Shown: positions 46,764 through 56,126 of the stretch, in pieces | Layout of the letters: every line of letters starts with the position of its first letter | Position numbering within the stretch: the first letter of the stretch is position 1 | The notes under the pieces: generated by a model | The model's input: the letters and a program-made list of their open reading frames with translations, nothing else | The model's database searches: none | What the model was told of the DNA's origin: nothing | Virus record (IMG/VR): IMGVR_UViG_3300005673_000057 | Location: 1 to 64,000 of that record | Reading direction: 5' to 3' (one strand) | DNA length: 64,000 nt | DNA from: a virus | Lineage: Duplodnaviria > Caudoviricetes | Translations under genes and position numbers: made by a program

Positions 46764-47207
46764 ATGCGTCAGGACTTGTGGACAGAAGAAGAGATCAAGA
46801 TTTTGGTCAGGCTATGGCCGGACGTGAACAAGACGCTACGAACGACGGATATAGGTGCCCTCGTGGGCAAGTCGAAGAATGCAGTGATTGGCAAGGCCGG
46901 GCGGCTAGGGCTTGAGAACAAGAAGCCCCTGCCCAGTCAGCCTCAGTTTCACGGGGAGCGCAAGAAGCGCAAGCCCCGTTCTGAGCGCATGCCTGCCGTC
47001 AAGGTCCGTATCGAGCCGATGGTGATCGAGCCGCCCGCACCAGTGGATGGTGGCCTGGACATTATGCAGCTAGAGTCCCATCATTGCCGCGAAATTACCG
47101 GCTATGGCTACCCTGACTTGCTGGCACGGTACTGTGGACATCAGAAGCGCGAGGGCAGTTCCTTCTGCCAATACCATTGGCAAAAGAACTTTGTTGTGGT
47201 GAAATAA
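46764..47207 (+). CDS. gcrA: GcrA-like cell-cycle regulator
   Basis: WTEEEIKIL..LW...IG...SKNAVIGKAGRLGL N-domain; L..L....CR...YCG...FCQYH C-domain. Confidence 0.9.
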   Translation: MRQDLWTEEEIKILVRLWPDVNKTLRTTDIGALVGKSKNAVIGKAGRLGLENKKPLPSQPQFHGERKKRKPRSERMPAVKVRIEPMVIEPPAPVDGGLDIMQLESHHCREITGYGYPDLLARYCGHQKREGSSFCQYHWQKNFVVVK

Positions 47208-47300
47208 GATATGGAAATCGTTGTTTTTTCAATCTTATGTGTGGGCCTAGGGTGGACCATCTTTGCACTCCTGCTTCCTGAATGAAGAAAGGATCGGCCA

Positions 47301-47477
47301 GTGTCCGAGACAGAAAGGCGGCTTCTTGAAGAGAAGGTTGCTGCCCTTCTCAAAGAGCGGGGCGTAAGGATTTTCACTAGTGCCTGTGGTTGCTGTGAGG
47401 GCGTTACATTTGCCCTTGAAATTGATGGAAAAATGATAGTCGATCACGAAACAGATTGGAATTTTTCCAATTTTTGA
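47301..47477 (+). CDS. hypothetical protein (58 aa)
   Basis: AAGGA SD, GTG start, ACGCC motif. Confidence 0.55.
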   Translation: MSETERRLLEEKVAALLKERGVRIFTSACGCCEGVTFALEIDGKMIVDHETDWNFSNF

Positions 47478-47487
47478 AAGCGCGTCT

Positions 47488-47859
47488 GTGGCCATACTCA
47501 GACTCCCGATTCCACCGTCAGTTAACGCGCTGTATTTCAACAGGAAATATGGGAAGGGCAGGGGAAGAATCAAAACCCCAGCCTACCGTCGCTGGCTCAA
47601 AGAAGCCGATGGCTGGCTTCTTATACAGAAGCGCGGTCTTAAGAAGGTGGAGGGGCGCTGTGCTGTAGAGATTCGCATCCCACAAGTACGTGGTGACGCC
47701 AACAATTATCCCAAGAGTGTTTGCGATTTTCTCGTTTCCAGAGAACTAACAGACGACGACAAATTCCATGTGAAGGTATCGGTGGAAATCGTGACCGAAC
47801 TTGATTGCTGCGAAATTTTCATCATCCCCCTTGACAACCAAACCCAAGGCGGGTTATAG
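47488..47859 (+). CDS. rusA: RusA-like Holliday junction resolvase
   Basis: LPIPPSVNALY, GDANNYPKSVCDFL, DDKF. Confidence 0.8.
   Translation: MAILRLPIPPSVNALYFNRKYGKGRGRIKTPAYRRWLKEADGWLLIQKRGLKKVEGRCAVEIRIPQVRGDANNYPKSVCDFLVSRELTDDDKFHVKVSVEIVTELDCCEIFIIPLDNQTQGGL
47831..47859 (+). promoter_or_regulatory. sigma70-like internal promoter
   Basis: TTGACA-N17-TTATAG at the end of rusA. Confidence 0.55.
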
Positions 47860-47890
47860 CCCAAAGTGTCGTACTCTCAAGGAGCAAGTT

Positions 47891-48337
47891 ATGAAGATTG
47901 ATGGTCTTCCGGTTGTAGACGCCAAGGCTCCCATTCTCTTGTCAATCAGTGCGGCGGATATCCGCAGGGGGCATGGCCGTGACCCGGATTCATGTGCTGC
48001 TGCCGTGGCTTGCATGCGCCAGCTAGATTGCCGTGCCGCCAAGGTCCACATGGGACGCATCTACGTTCTCAACGGCAAGAAGTGGTATCGCTACCAGACG
48101 CCACAATCCATTCGCTCCGAAGTTATCGCCTTCGACCGGCGCGACTCCTTCAAGCCTGGGGTCTACAAACTCAATCCTCCAGCGGCCTCCAAGGTTGCAT
48201 CGCGCGGCAAGCAGAACGGCACCAAGACAGGCCAGTCACGTCATGGCGGTCAGCGCAAGTACAAGCGCGCAGCGCCGCACTTTGTCGAAGGCGTGCGTGG
48301 CCGGATGCACGATTTCAGTCGCGACAAGCAGAAGTAA
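47891..48337 (+). CDS. hypothetical basic protein
   Basis: GGAG SD; strongly biased codons. Confidence 0.7.
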   Translation: MKIDGLPVVDAKAPILLSISAADIRRGHGRDPDSCAAAVACMRQLDCRAAKVHMGRIYVLNGKKWYRYQTPQSIRSEVIAFDRRDSFKPGVYKLNPPAASKVASRGKQNGTKTGQSRHGGQRKYKRAAPHFVEGVRGRMHDFSRDKQK

Positions 48338-48368
48338 CGGACCAACAACGAACCAGTGGAGAGGTTAC

Positions 48369-49457
48369 ATGGCTACAAAGGAAATTAGCGGGATCAAGTT
48401 GACCAACAGCGCCTTGGAGGAGGCCCCATCCGGGGATCTTATTCTACGAGGCACGCTATCCACGGAATCGCTCAAGAATCTCAAGATTGATGAATATCAG
48501 CGTGAGGTTCTAGCGCGCTCCGGTAGTGGAGGCCGTGGTCCATCCCGCATTCGCAAGGGCATCGAGGCCGGGTCGCGGCTGCCGGACATTGAACTTGGCA
48601 TGCGCGGTGAGAATTTCTCTGCCCATGGCAAGACTGTCATTCTGAATGACCCTGTTTACATTATCGACGGTCTTCAGCGCGTGACTGCCCTTCTCGATCA
48701 CATCGAAGAGCACGGCACCCCGAATGGGGCTCAACCGCTTGGTGCCACAATCTATTTCAATACGACGCGGCAACTTGAGAAGGAGCGATTCGCTATCCTT
48801 AACGGCCCCGGCCGGACCCCGGTTTCACCGGGCGTCCTGCTGCGAAACATTCGCGACAAGCACCCTTCGATCCTGACGCTCTATGGGCTGTCCCGCAACG
48901 ACAACAGCTTTGCGCTTTATCAGCGGGTGTCGTGGGACCAGCGCATGAAGCAGCAGGAAATTCTCAAGGCGCTTCTGCTGGTCAAGGCGGCTCTGGCGCT
49001 CCATGGCGGCATCCATAAGCGTATTCTTGTGGAAAAGGGGAATGCGAAGCGGGATGAATCGCAGGTCAAGGACAACAAGGGGGCGGCTCAACTTGATCGT
49101 ATCGCCAAGGAAATCGGCCTCCAGAATTTCCGCGAGAACATCAAGGACTTCTTCGATATGCTGGATGACTGCTACGGCGTCCGCAATATCGAGTATGGCG
49201 AGGCCCAAGGCCATCTTCGTGGCAACTTCTTGATGACCATCGGCACCTTCATTGCCAACAATCCCCAATTGTGGGATGCAAGCGAGCGGCGCATCAAGAT
49301 TGATTCTAAGACGATGGAGCGCTTCCGAACCTTCCCGGTGAATGACCCGGAAATCCGGCGTCTCTGTGCGGCCGGTGCCTCGATGGTCCTGCCGGTGCTC
49401 TATCGGTATCTGCTCGATCACATGAACAAGCACAAGTCGAAGAACAGGTTCAAGTAG
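48369..49457 (+). CDS. DGQHR/ParB-Srx-like domain protein
   Basis: KIDEYQRE, IELGMRG, YIIDGLQRV; start moved to MATKE after GGAGAGG SD. Confidence 0.7.
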   Translation: MATKEISGIKLTNSALEEAPSGDLILRGTLSTESLKNLKIDEYQREVLARSGSGGRGPSRIRKGIEAGSRLPDIELGMRGENFSAHGKTVILNDPVYIIDGLQRVTALLDHIEEHGTPNGAQPLGATIYFNTTRQLEKERFAILNGPGRTPVSPGVLLRNIRDKHPSILTLYGLSRNDNSFALYQRVSWDQRMKQQEILKALLLVKAALALHGGIHKRILVEKGNAKRDESQVKDNKGAAQLDRIAKEIGLQNFRENIKDFFDMLDDCYGVRNIEYGEAQGHLRGNFLMTIGTFIANNPQLWDASERRIKIDSKTMERFRTFPVNDPEIRRLCAAGASMVLPVLYRYLLDHMNKHKSKNRFK

Positions 49458-49460
49458 GGC

Positions 49461-50111
49461 ATGCGACCAGAGAGTTGGCCCCAAGGAAGGTACGGTGTTA
49501 TTTATGCTGATCCGCCTTGGAGTTTTCAATGCTGGGACGGCAAGCGGGTAGCCTCGCGCGGCTCTGTCACCCCATACGACACCATGGATATGGACGCCAT
49601 CAAATCGTTGCCGGTAGCAGAACTGGCGGCAGATAATTGCTGCCTTTTTATGTGGATTGTCTGGCCCACAATGCCAGAAGCTCTTACAGTTATGGAAGCG
49701 TGGGGCTTCAAATACAAGACAGTTGGCTTCTGCTGGATTAAGGCAGATGCTACTCAAGTCGAAATGTTTGATGATTACATTGATCCCTACATGGGTCTTG
49801 GTTATTGGACTAGAGCCAATAGTGAGGTATGCTTACTTGGTACTCGCGGATCTCCAAAGCGCAAAAATGCTGACGTAAAGCAGGCTATTATTGAGCCCAA
49901 GCGTCAGCACTCCCGTAAGCCAGACTGTGTGTATGAGCGAATCGAGCGTCTGGTAGATGGGCCGTATATCGAATTGTTCGCACGCACTCGCAGACCAAAT
50001 TGGGATGCGTGGGGCAATCAAACGGAGATGTTTAATGCGCCTGTATCTAGGGGGTCCGATGCGCGGGATTCCACTCTTCAACTTCCCGGCCTTTCACCAA
50101 GCGGCGGCTGA
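49461..50111 (+). CDS. MT-A70 family N6-adenine methyltransferase
   Basis: VIYADPPW, LFMW, WGFKYKT..F.WIK, HSRKP, IELFAR, WDAWGNQ. Confidence 0.92.
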   Translation: MRPESWPQGRYGVIYADPPWSFQCWDGKRVASRGSVTPYDTMDMDAIKSLPVAELAADNCCLFMWIVWPTMPEALTVMEAWGFKYKTVGFCWIKADATQVEMFDDYIDPYMGLGYWTRANSEVCLLGTRGSPKRKNADVKQAIIEPKRQHSRKPDCVYERIERLVDGPYIELFARTRRPNWDAWGNQTEMFNAPVSRGSDARDSTLQLPGLSPSGG

Positions 50112-50385
50112 GCTACGCGCGCAAGGCCATGAAGTCTTCTCTCCGGCTGAGCGTGATAACGAATATCACGGCACCGATATTTCGGCTGGCAACCTAGCCG
50201 GTGACGAATCACAGGCGGCCAAAGAACATGGCTTTGATCTGCGTGAAGCGCTGCTTCACGATCTGACATACATCTGCAAGGAGGCTGAAGGCATTGCACT
50301 TTTGCCGGGATGGAAAAACAGCAAGGGCGCAACGGCTGAGCATGCCGTTGCCGTCGCACTAGGGCTTGTGGTGGTCGAGCTATGA
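50035..50385 (+). CDS. DUF4406 (nucleoside deoxyribosyltransferase-like) protein
   Basis: LYLGGPMRG...NFPAF, LLPGWKNSKGATAE. Confidence 0.85.
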   Translation: MRLYLGGPMRGIPLFNFPAFHQAAAELRAQGHEVFSPAERDNEYHGTDISAGNLAGDESQAAKEHGFDLREALLHDLTYICKEAEGIALLPGWKNSKGATAEHAVAVALGLVVVEL

Positions 50386-50714
50386 AGGAAATCTGGACCG
50401 GAGAGCGTCGTCGATTATTGTTTCGCGGCCTAGTCGAGCGCTTTGGGCCATTTGATGGTTGGCCGAGTATGCCACCATCGGATATCAAATTGGAAAAATA
50501 TTGTTCTGATTTTGCTTCTCTTATCGGGGCATCTTCCCCAAGAGCGGTGCGGCATCAGATTAGATTCGCGATGCCAAACTCAAGTAAGAGGCTGTCAGCA
50601 GGCCACGCGAGGGCCGCGATTCTCAACAAGGCCGCAGCATTAGAGGTTGGTTTTATCAGGCAGCGCCATATCCCGGATATAGTTGTTGTAAGTCCTCGCC
50701 TACGCAAGTCCTAG
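50382..50714 (+). CDS. hypothetical protein
   Basis: 110 aa coupled ORF. Confidence 0.55.
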   Translation: MKEIWTGERRRLLFRGLVERFGPFDGWPSMPPSDIKLEKYCSDFASLIGASSPRAVRHQIRFAMPNSSKRLSAGHARAAILNKAAALEVGFIRQRHIPDIVVVSPRLRKS

Positions 50715-50774
50715 CGGCTTGTCACTTGCTCCGAATCTTGCCAGTGTTCAGGTGGGCACTAGGCGAGGGAATCA

Positions 50775-51131
50775 ATGTCAGAACAGGGATACTGGGCGCT
50801 TGCCAGTCAAGCGCAGGCAGTAGGTGTCACACGCTCACGCATGGGGCAACTAGCCAAACTCTGTAGCGACTACCAACGCGCATTATCCATACTAAGTTCC
50901 GCACTAAAGACCAAAAAGCCATCGGCCTATCTGGGCAAGGTCATGGCCAATCTCAAAGAAGAACAAGCCCCTCCTCAAATCCACATTCCACGGACTCACG
51001 AACCAGAAATAGTCTTGCAGGCCCGGCTACGCGGCTGGCCTGTGCGCAAAACTGTGCGCACAGATGGCTCACCGGGCTGGTTTGTGGCTGGCATTCTGTA
51101 CGATCAGGGGGGTGCCGATGTCGGTGCATGA
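50775..51131 (+). CDS. hypothetical protein (replication module)
   Basis: GAGGGG SD; KKPSAYLGKV resembles replication-protein C-termini. Confidence 0.6.
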   Translation: MSEQGYWALASQAQAVGVTRSRMGQLAKLCSDYQRALSILSSALKTKKPSAYLGKVMANLKEEQAPPQIHIPRTHEPEIVLQARLRGWPVRKTVRTDGSPGWFVAGILYDQGGADVGA

Positions 51132-51417
51132 ATCTCCCATTTCAATTACACCGTTTCAGATGATGCTCCATCCAGATTTTACTGGCTTGGAATTGGATGC
51201 ATCGTTGCGGTCCTCTTGGCTTTCTATGTTCATGCAAAATGGTTTACGTGAGGGAAATGAAGATGTCGGAGCCTGAGAAGCGATTTCATCTCGGAAAGTA
51301 CGAGATCACCACTCGCGAGGTTGGCGACATTCCGGGATGCATCCCGGCTCCCTATGACCCGACATTATGGGAATTGCTGGAGATGGCTAAGGGCCGATGG
51401 TCGCCGCCAAAGTCCAG

Positions 51418-51708
51418 ATGAAGACGTTAGCTGACTACGGCATCCACATACACAGGGGCATTACACACCATAAGATCAGGTGCCCTGAGTGCTCGCACAA
51501 GAGAAAGAAGAGCCATCTCAAGGACTTGGAAGTTAATCTAAAAGACGGCAAGTGGTTATGGTTTTGCCACCATTGTGGCTGGGGTGGAGGGGTGCTGGAT
51601 GAAGCCGAAATTAACGCCGGAAGGCATCGCTTGGTTCAAGACAAGGGGGATAAGCCAAGCGACTTTGGACAAAATGCCCGTAGGCATAGGTACGGTTTTC
51701 CAAGGTAA
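51418..51708 (+). CDS. primase zinc-binding domain as a separate ORF
   Basis: CPECS...WFCHHCGW Zn ribbon of T7 gp4/Twinkle type. Confidence 0.75.
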   Translation: MKTLADYGIHIHRGITHHKIRCPECSHKRKKSHLKDLEVNLKDGKWLWFCHHCGWGGGVLDEAEINAGRHRLVQDKGDKPSDFGQNARRHRYGFPR

Positions 51709-53044
51709 ACCAGCGGTTTACTTCCAATATCGGGATGGTTGGAAAGCCCGCACTTTCCCAGACAAGAAATTTACTGCGGGTGGTGGATTTAAGGCGACTT
51801 TCTGGAATCTTGATGCTGTTTTGATGGCTAAGCCGGGGACTGTGTATATCACAGAGGGCGAAATTGACGCCCTTGCCATAATTGAGGCTGGGATACCGGA
51901 ATATCAGGTTCTCTCAGTCCCCAATGGGGCCAGAGATCGTCCGTCAGAAGACCCATTCTCTCAAAAAGGTTACGCCTACGCCCTAGATGCTCTGCGGGAG
52001 GGGCTCGGTCAAGTACAGCGATTTGTCTGGTGTGGCGATGCTGACGAGCCTGGGCTGATCTTGCGCGATGATATGCTCAAGGTCATCGGCGCGGCTCGAT
52101 TCATGTATGTGACATGGCCAGATGGGGTGAAGGATGCAAATGAAATGCTCCTCAAAGAAGGAGCGGAGGCCGCCCATGAGCTTTTGGTGCATGGGGCTAT
52201 CCTGTGGCCTCAGGCCGGTCTTTATCGCCTCAGTGAGCTTCCTGCGGTCCCGCCACTTGTGATTTGGGAGCCCCCATTGCCTGGATTTGAAGGCAGGGTA
52301 AGACTCGCGCCCAGAACACTATCGGTAGTTACGGGTCAGCCAGGGGCGGGCAAGACGCAACTTTTTAGCGAAATATGGTTTAGGACAATCAAGAGTTATA
52401 ACCTTGTAGCATGTATCGCGTCCTTTGAGACTGGTCCGGTGCCGCATTTGCGCCGTCAACTTAGGACGTTGTTAACAGGCCATCTAGAAACTGATTTAAG
52501 TGAAGCTGAGCGCAGTCAGGCAGATGCGTGGATAAATGAACGCTATCTCTTTCTGTTGCACCCAGAGCAGCGCCCTACCCTAGAGTGGTTCTTAGAGTGC
52601 GCTGAAACTGCCGTTGTGCGACATGGGGCCAAGATCATTCAATTAGACCCATGGAATAGATTAGAAGCAACGCGCTCTCACCGAGAGAATGAGACCGAGT
52701 ACATTGCTCGGTGTCTACGGTCGCTTTATGTCTTCGCGCAAGATATGGACTGTCATGTTCAGATTATTGCTCATCCAGCCAAAATGGACGGACCCCGCCG
52801 TGGTCAGCCGCCAACGCTTGAAGATATAAGTGGCTCCAAGCACTTCGAGAACATGGTAGACCAAGGGTTTGTGGTACATCGCCCTCAAATGTTTGAGGGC
52901 ACTGACAGAAAGACTGAAACGGCTTTCTATCATAGGAAGGCTAGATTCGAGGATCTTGGGTTCCCATGTAAGATCATGCTGAGGTATGATCTCTCTCAGA
53001 GATGCTATGTTGGTATGAACGATGAAGCGCAGGAACTGGAATAA
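51599..53044 (+). CDS. TOPRIM primase plus DnaB-like (SF4) helicase
   Basis: YITEGEIDAL, CGDADEPG, KDANE; TGQPGAGKT Walker A, IQLDPW, IIAHPAK, DISGS. Confidence 0.9.
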   Translation: MKPKLTPEGIAWFKTRGISQATLDKMPVGIGTVFQGKPAVYFQYRDGWKARTFPDKKFTAGGGFKATFWNLDAVLMAKPGTVYITEGEIDALAIIEAGIPEYQVLSVPNGARDRPSEDPFSQKGYAYALDALREGLGQVQRFVWCGDADEPGLILRDDMLKVIGAARFMYVTWPDGVKDANEMLLKEGAEAAHELLVHGAILWPQAGLYRLSELPAVPPLVIWEPPLPGFEGRVRLAPRTLSVVTGQPGAGKTQLFSEIWFRTIKSYNLVACIASFETGPVPHLRRQLRTLLTGHLETDLSEAERSQADAWINERYLFLLHPEQRPTLEWFLECAETAVVRHGAKIIQLDPWNRLEATRSHRENETEYIARCLRSLYVFAQDMDCHVQIIAHPAKMDGPRRGQPPTLEDISGSKHFENMVDQGFVVHRPQMFEGTDRKTETAFYHRKARFEDLGFPCKIMLRYDLSQRCYVGMNDEAQELE

Positions 53045-53456
53045 ACACGCCAGCGCAAGGAGTGAATTAATAGCCGCCGCTTGGCTTTTAAAAAACGGAT
53101 ATGAGGTATTCAAGAATGTTAGCGCTCACGGGATAATAGATATTGTGGCAATTAAGGATGGGACCGTGCTTCTTTTGGATGTGAAAACAAAGAATTCAAG
53201 ACTTAGTAAGGAGCAAGCCGCCGCTGGCGTTAAATTTCTAATTTATGACGAAAATGACAATTGCTACATAGATTGGAATCCCAAAGCAGCCTTTACTACA
53301 GATAAAATTATATGTCATGGCTGTGGAGCCACATTCGAGCCTAAGCACTCGCGACGAGCGAAATATTGTTCCAAACAATGCAGATCATCTTCTTTTAGGC
53401 AGCGCAAGTATGTGCCACTCTCGGATGGTCTTACTGCTGAGGACTTCGATGCTTAG
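53022..53456 (+). CDS. PD-(D/E)XK homing-type endonuclease with Zn ribbon
   Basis: GYEVF, IDIVAIK...LLDVKT; CHGC...YCSKQC. Confidence 0.7.
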   Translation: MKRRNWNKHASARSELIAAAWLLKNGYEVFKNVSAHGIIDIVAIKDGTVLLLDVKTKNSRLSKEQAAAGVKFLIYDENDNCYIDWNPKAAFTTDKIICHGCGATFEPKHSRRAKYCSKQCRSSSFRQRKYVPLSDGLTAEDFDA

Positions 53457-53739
53457 GGCAAAGTGTTTTTAGCCATCCACGGTTACTATCCAAGGTTCCA
53501 GGTTCTCCGCATTCTTCACAAATTTTTTCACATTCCCATTCAGCCTCTTGGATCAATCGGTTTATTTCCCCATGATTGCTTTCGGAATCATAGTAAATCC
53601 GAAGGCCGCCAAATTTCTCTTTGACCTGTCTTACCGTAGCTCCAAGAGCGTTAATGCTATTAACCGTCTTTTTGACAATTGGTTGCCAGCCGCGACCAAC
53701 ATGCTTTTCCCAGTCATTCATTTTACATGCTCCATTCAA
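53431..53739 (-). CDS. hypothetical Zn-finger protein
   Basis: QVKEKFGGLRIY...CEECGEPG...WLKTLC. Confidence 0.75.
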   Translation of the reverse strand: MNGACKMNDWEKHVGRGWQPIVKKTVNSINALGATVRQVKEKFGGLRIYYDSESNHGEINRLIQEAEWECEKICEECGEPGTLDSNRGWLKTLCPKHRSPQQ

Positions 53740-53978
53740 TGTGGCTTCTCTCGCCCAAGTGACTTGTCGGCCTTCTCTGCCTGATGGCGGATCAGTTTTT
53801 CCAGCCTTGTCACCACAGCATCAATGGACGAATCGTCGTTCCTGAAATGAACCAAGAAGCCCATTGCCACAGCCATGGCAATAAGGATATCTCCCACATT
53901 CAGGGATTCATCCTTGTTGTTAACTTGTTCTACAAAAGCGATGAATCTCTCAGCCAATGCCAGATGCTTATCTTCCAT
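53736..53978 (-). CDS. hypothetical protein
   Basis: coupled helical ORF. Confidence 0.6.
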   Translation of the reverse strand: MEDKHLALAERFIAFVEQVNNKDESLNVGDILIAMAVAMGFLVHFRNDDSSIDAVVTRLEKLIRHQAEKADKSLGREKPH

Positions 53979-54268
53979 TAGTTTAACTCCGGTATATCGA
54001 TGTCTTCGCCAAGGCCGGAAAGGCCCCTGACCAGATCAAAGAGACATTCCTGTGCAGTTTCCAAGGGAACATCCTCTTGGCGGTGAGTATTGATGATATA
54101 CGAAGCGACCAGGGCCAGCACGAAGATCGCATCCTGCGGATTTGAGGATGCATCCTCCATGACCTCTACAACCTTTGAGGCCATCGGAGTCAGCCGCTCG
54201 AGGTCAGATGCGGCACTTGATTTCTGTTTCATTGTCATTCTCCCATAATGGTATTGTGGGCGGTGCAA
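53978..54268 (-). CDS. hypothetical protein
   Basis: helical ORF; true start probably MTMKQ after the GGGAGA SD. Confidence 0.6.
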   Translation of the reverse strand: MHRPQYHYGRMTMKQKSSAASDLERLTPMASKVVEVMEDASSNPQDAIFVLALVASYIINTHRQEDVPLETAQECLFDLVRGLSGLGEDIDIPELN

Positions 54269-54338
54269 AGCGGGGACAGGGGGACATTAAATCTCCCGCT
54301 TTGCTTTTTTCCCGCAGCCGCCCGCTACGGGGGGAGCC

Positions 54339-54572
54339 CTATGCGAGCTTGTATTGCTCATTAAAGGCTTTGGACCGCGCATGAGGCAACGCAGCGATAG
54401 CAACCTTGCGAGCCTCTTGCGCAACCTTGTCATTTGGGTAGGCACGCAAATGACGAGTCAACTTGCGCGCCTTGTTCCAGCGATGCTGCCCATTGGCAAA
54501 GTAAGCGGCAATCCAGTGCTTTTTCTTGCCGATCTTGCCCTTACGGCCGCGTACCTTGCTTTGGGAAGCCAT
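54339..54572 (-). CDS. small basic protein
   Basis: GGAGGG SD, K/R-rich. Confidence 0.65.
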   Translation of the reverse strand: MASQSKVRGRKGKIGKKKHWIAAYFANGQHRWNKARKLTRHLRAYPNDKVAQEARKVAIAALPHARSKAFNEQYKLA

Positions 54573-54586
54573 GTCTCCCTCCTGTG

Positions 54587-56020
54587 TTACACCACGACGT
54601 TGCGGTGGATTTCGCCCACCTTGGTATGGACTTCTTCCATTTTGCCATTATGGACGACCTTGTGCAGCGACCGCGCCAGCGCCTCGGCCGGAGTCTCATC
54701 CTTGACCTTCCTGTTCAGCAGCGACAGATGGTTCTTCATCGTCTGCGCCGCAGTCAGCAAGTCAACCTCGGCAAGCATCTCGGCATTGCGGCCGATCATG
54801 CCCAACTTGGCGCGCTCCACACACTCCCGGATGGATGCCGGAATCTGGCCTTCCAGTTCCTTGCCCACGCGAGCAAGTGGCGTAGCATCCGGCAGTAAGC
54901 CAGCCGCATAGTAGCGCAGCAACTTCGCCACCGTCTCGGCATTCGGAGCCCGCAGCGTAATGACGGCATCGAGGCGGCCGGGTCGCAGAATGACCGGATT
55001 GAGCTTTTCCACAAAGTTTGTGGTAAGCACAGTCATGATCTCGGCGCGCTTGGACACCACGCCGTCAATGGTGTTGACCAGATCATTGGCCTTTTCGTCG
55101 CGGATTTCGGCCACCCGGTCGATATCCTCGGCGAACACGACGGCAGGCGCATACCGATTGGCGAATTCCAGCGCCGTCCGTAGACCTTGCACCTTGTCGA
55201 GCAGCACAAAGGTCCAGCCATTGAGTTCACAGATACGCGCCGTCAACTTCGCAGTCAGCGACTTGCCGGTGCCATATTGGCCTTCCAGCAGAACGCCGCG
55301 CTTGAGCGGAATACGATGTGCTCGGCAACGAGCCGTCTCGCGGATCGGCACCAAAATATTGGTATCAATCTGAGAGAGGATATCGGTATCAAAGAGCACG
55401 TCGTTCTCACTGATATCGGTCACGTCCATAAACGTGGGCGGATTGCTGGTGTCCAGATCGCCATTGTCATCGACGCCAAGGCGAATGGGCTTGCCGCGAT
55501 AGATGCTGGATTCCTTGAGAATCTGGCGCGTCAAAGTGGCGAGTTCCAGCACCACATGACGGTCACGCTTCTTTATGGTCCCATGCACAATGAAACCAAT
55601 CTTATTGTGGATCATGCATTCCACAGGGTCTTCAACGCCGGGAAGGCGCATCTGGCCAAGCGGGCATTGCACCACGTCCTCGTCATGGAATCCGACCTTG
55701 ACGGAAAGCATCGTCGGCGGAATGTCGATCTGGCCGAAAAAAGTATCCATGACTTTCGTCTCGAAAGACGCAAAGCCGTACAGCTTCTGCATGGCACGCA
55801 CGAAGGCCACAGCCGCGTCATGCGGATAGGCATCGAAACGCTCCATGACATTATAGGGCTGTTCCTCGTCCTGTTGCTTGCGCTGCAATGTGGCAATGGC
55901 CACCTTGAGCGGCATTGCCGCAGGATCGGCGGGCAGCGTAATGGCGCGGCCCTTGTGTTCGATTGGCACGTCGAGCTTATCCCAAGTGCTATCCTTCTTC
56001 TTCTTCCCGTCATTTGCCAT
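54587..56020 (-). CDS. classical-clade AAA+ ATPase (FtsH/Cdc48-like module)
   Basis: GVLLEGQYGTGKS Walker A, VVFAEDID Walker B, TTN...LRPGRLD SRH. Confidence 0.9.
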   Translation of the reverse strand: MANDGKKKKDSTWDKLDVPIEHKGRAITLPADPAAMPLKVAIATLQRKQQDEEQPYNVMERFDAYPHDAAVAFVRAMQKLYGFASFETKVMDTFFGQIDIPPTMLSVKVGFHDEDVVQCPLGQMRLPGVEDPVECMIHNKIGFIVHGTIKKRDRHVVLELATLTRQILKESSIYRGKPIRLGVDDNGDLDTSNPPTFMDVTDISENDVLFDTDILSQIDTNILVPIRETARCRAHRIPLKRGVLLEGQYGTGKSLTAKLTARICELNGWTFVLLDKVQGLRTALEFANRYAPAVVFAEDIDRVAEIRDEKANDLVNTIDGVVSKRAEIMTVLTTNFVEKLNPVILRPGRLDAVITLRAPNAETVAKLLRYYAAGLLPDATPLARVGKELEGQIPASIRECVERAKLGMIGRNAEMLAEVDLLTAAQTMKNHLSLLNRKVKDETPAEALARSLHKVVHNGKMEEVHTKVGEIHRNVVV

Positions 56021-56126
56021 AATGGGTATCTCCCGTTGTTTGGCGTTGTAAATTGTTGGGTGGTGGGCGTGTACTGTAGTAACACGCCCTTTTTAGCTAC
56101 AGCTACCGCTGCCACCCACAGCGAAG

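Noticed and set aside
48825-49757. 310-aa antisense ORF over the DGQHR gene
   Set aside because: Shadow frame with no recognisable motif
53736-54268. Adjacent helical ORFs as tandem paralogues
   Set aside because: Similarity is limited to hydrophobic pattern and cannot be supported by eye
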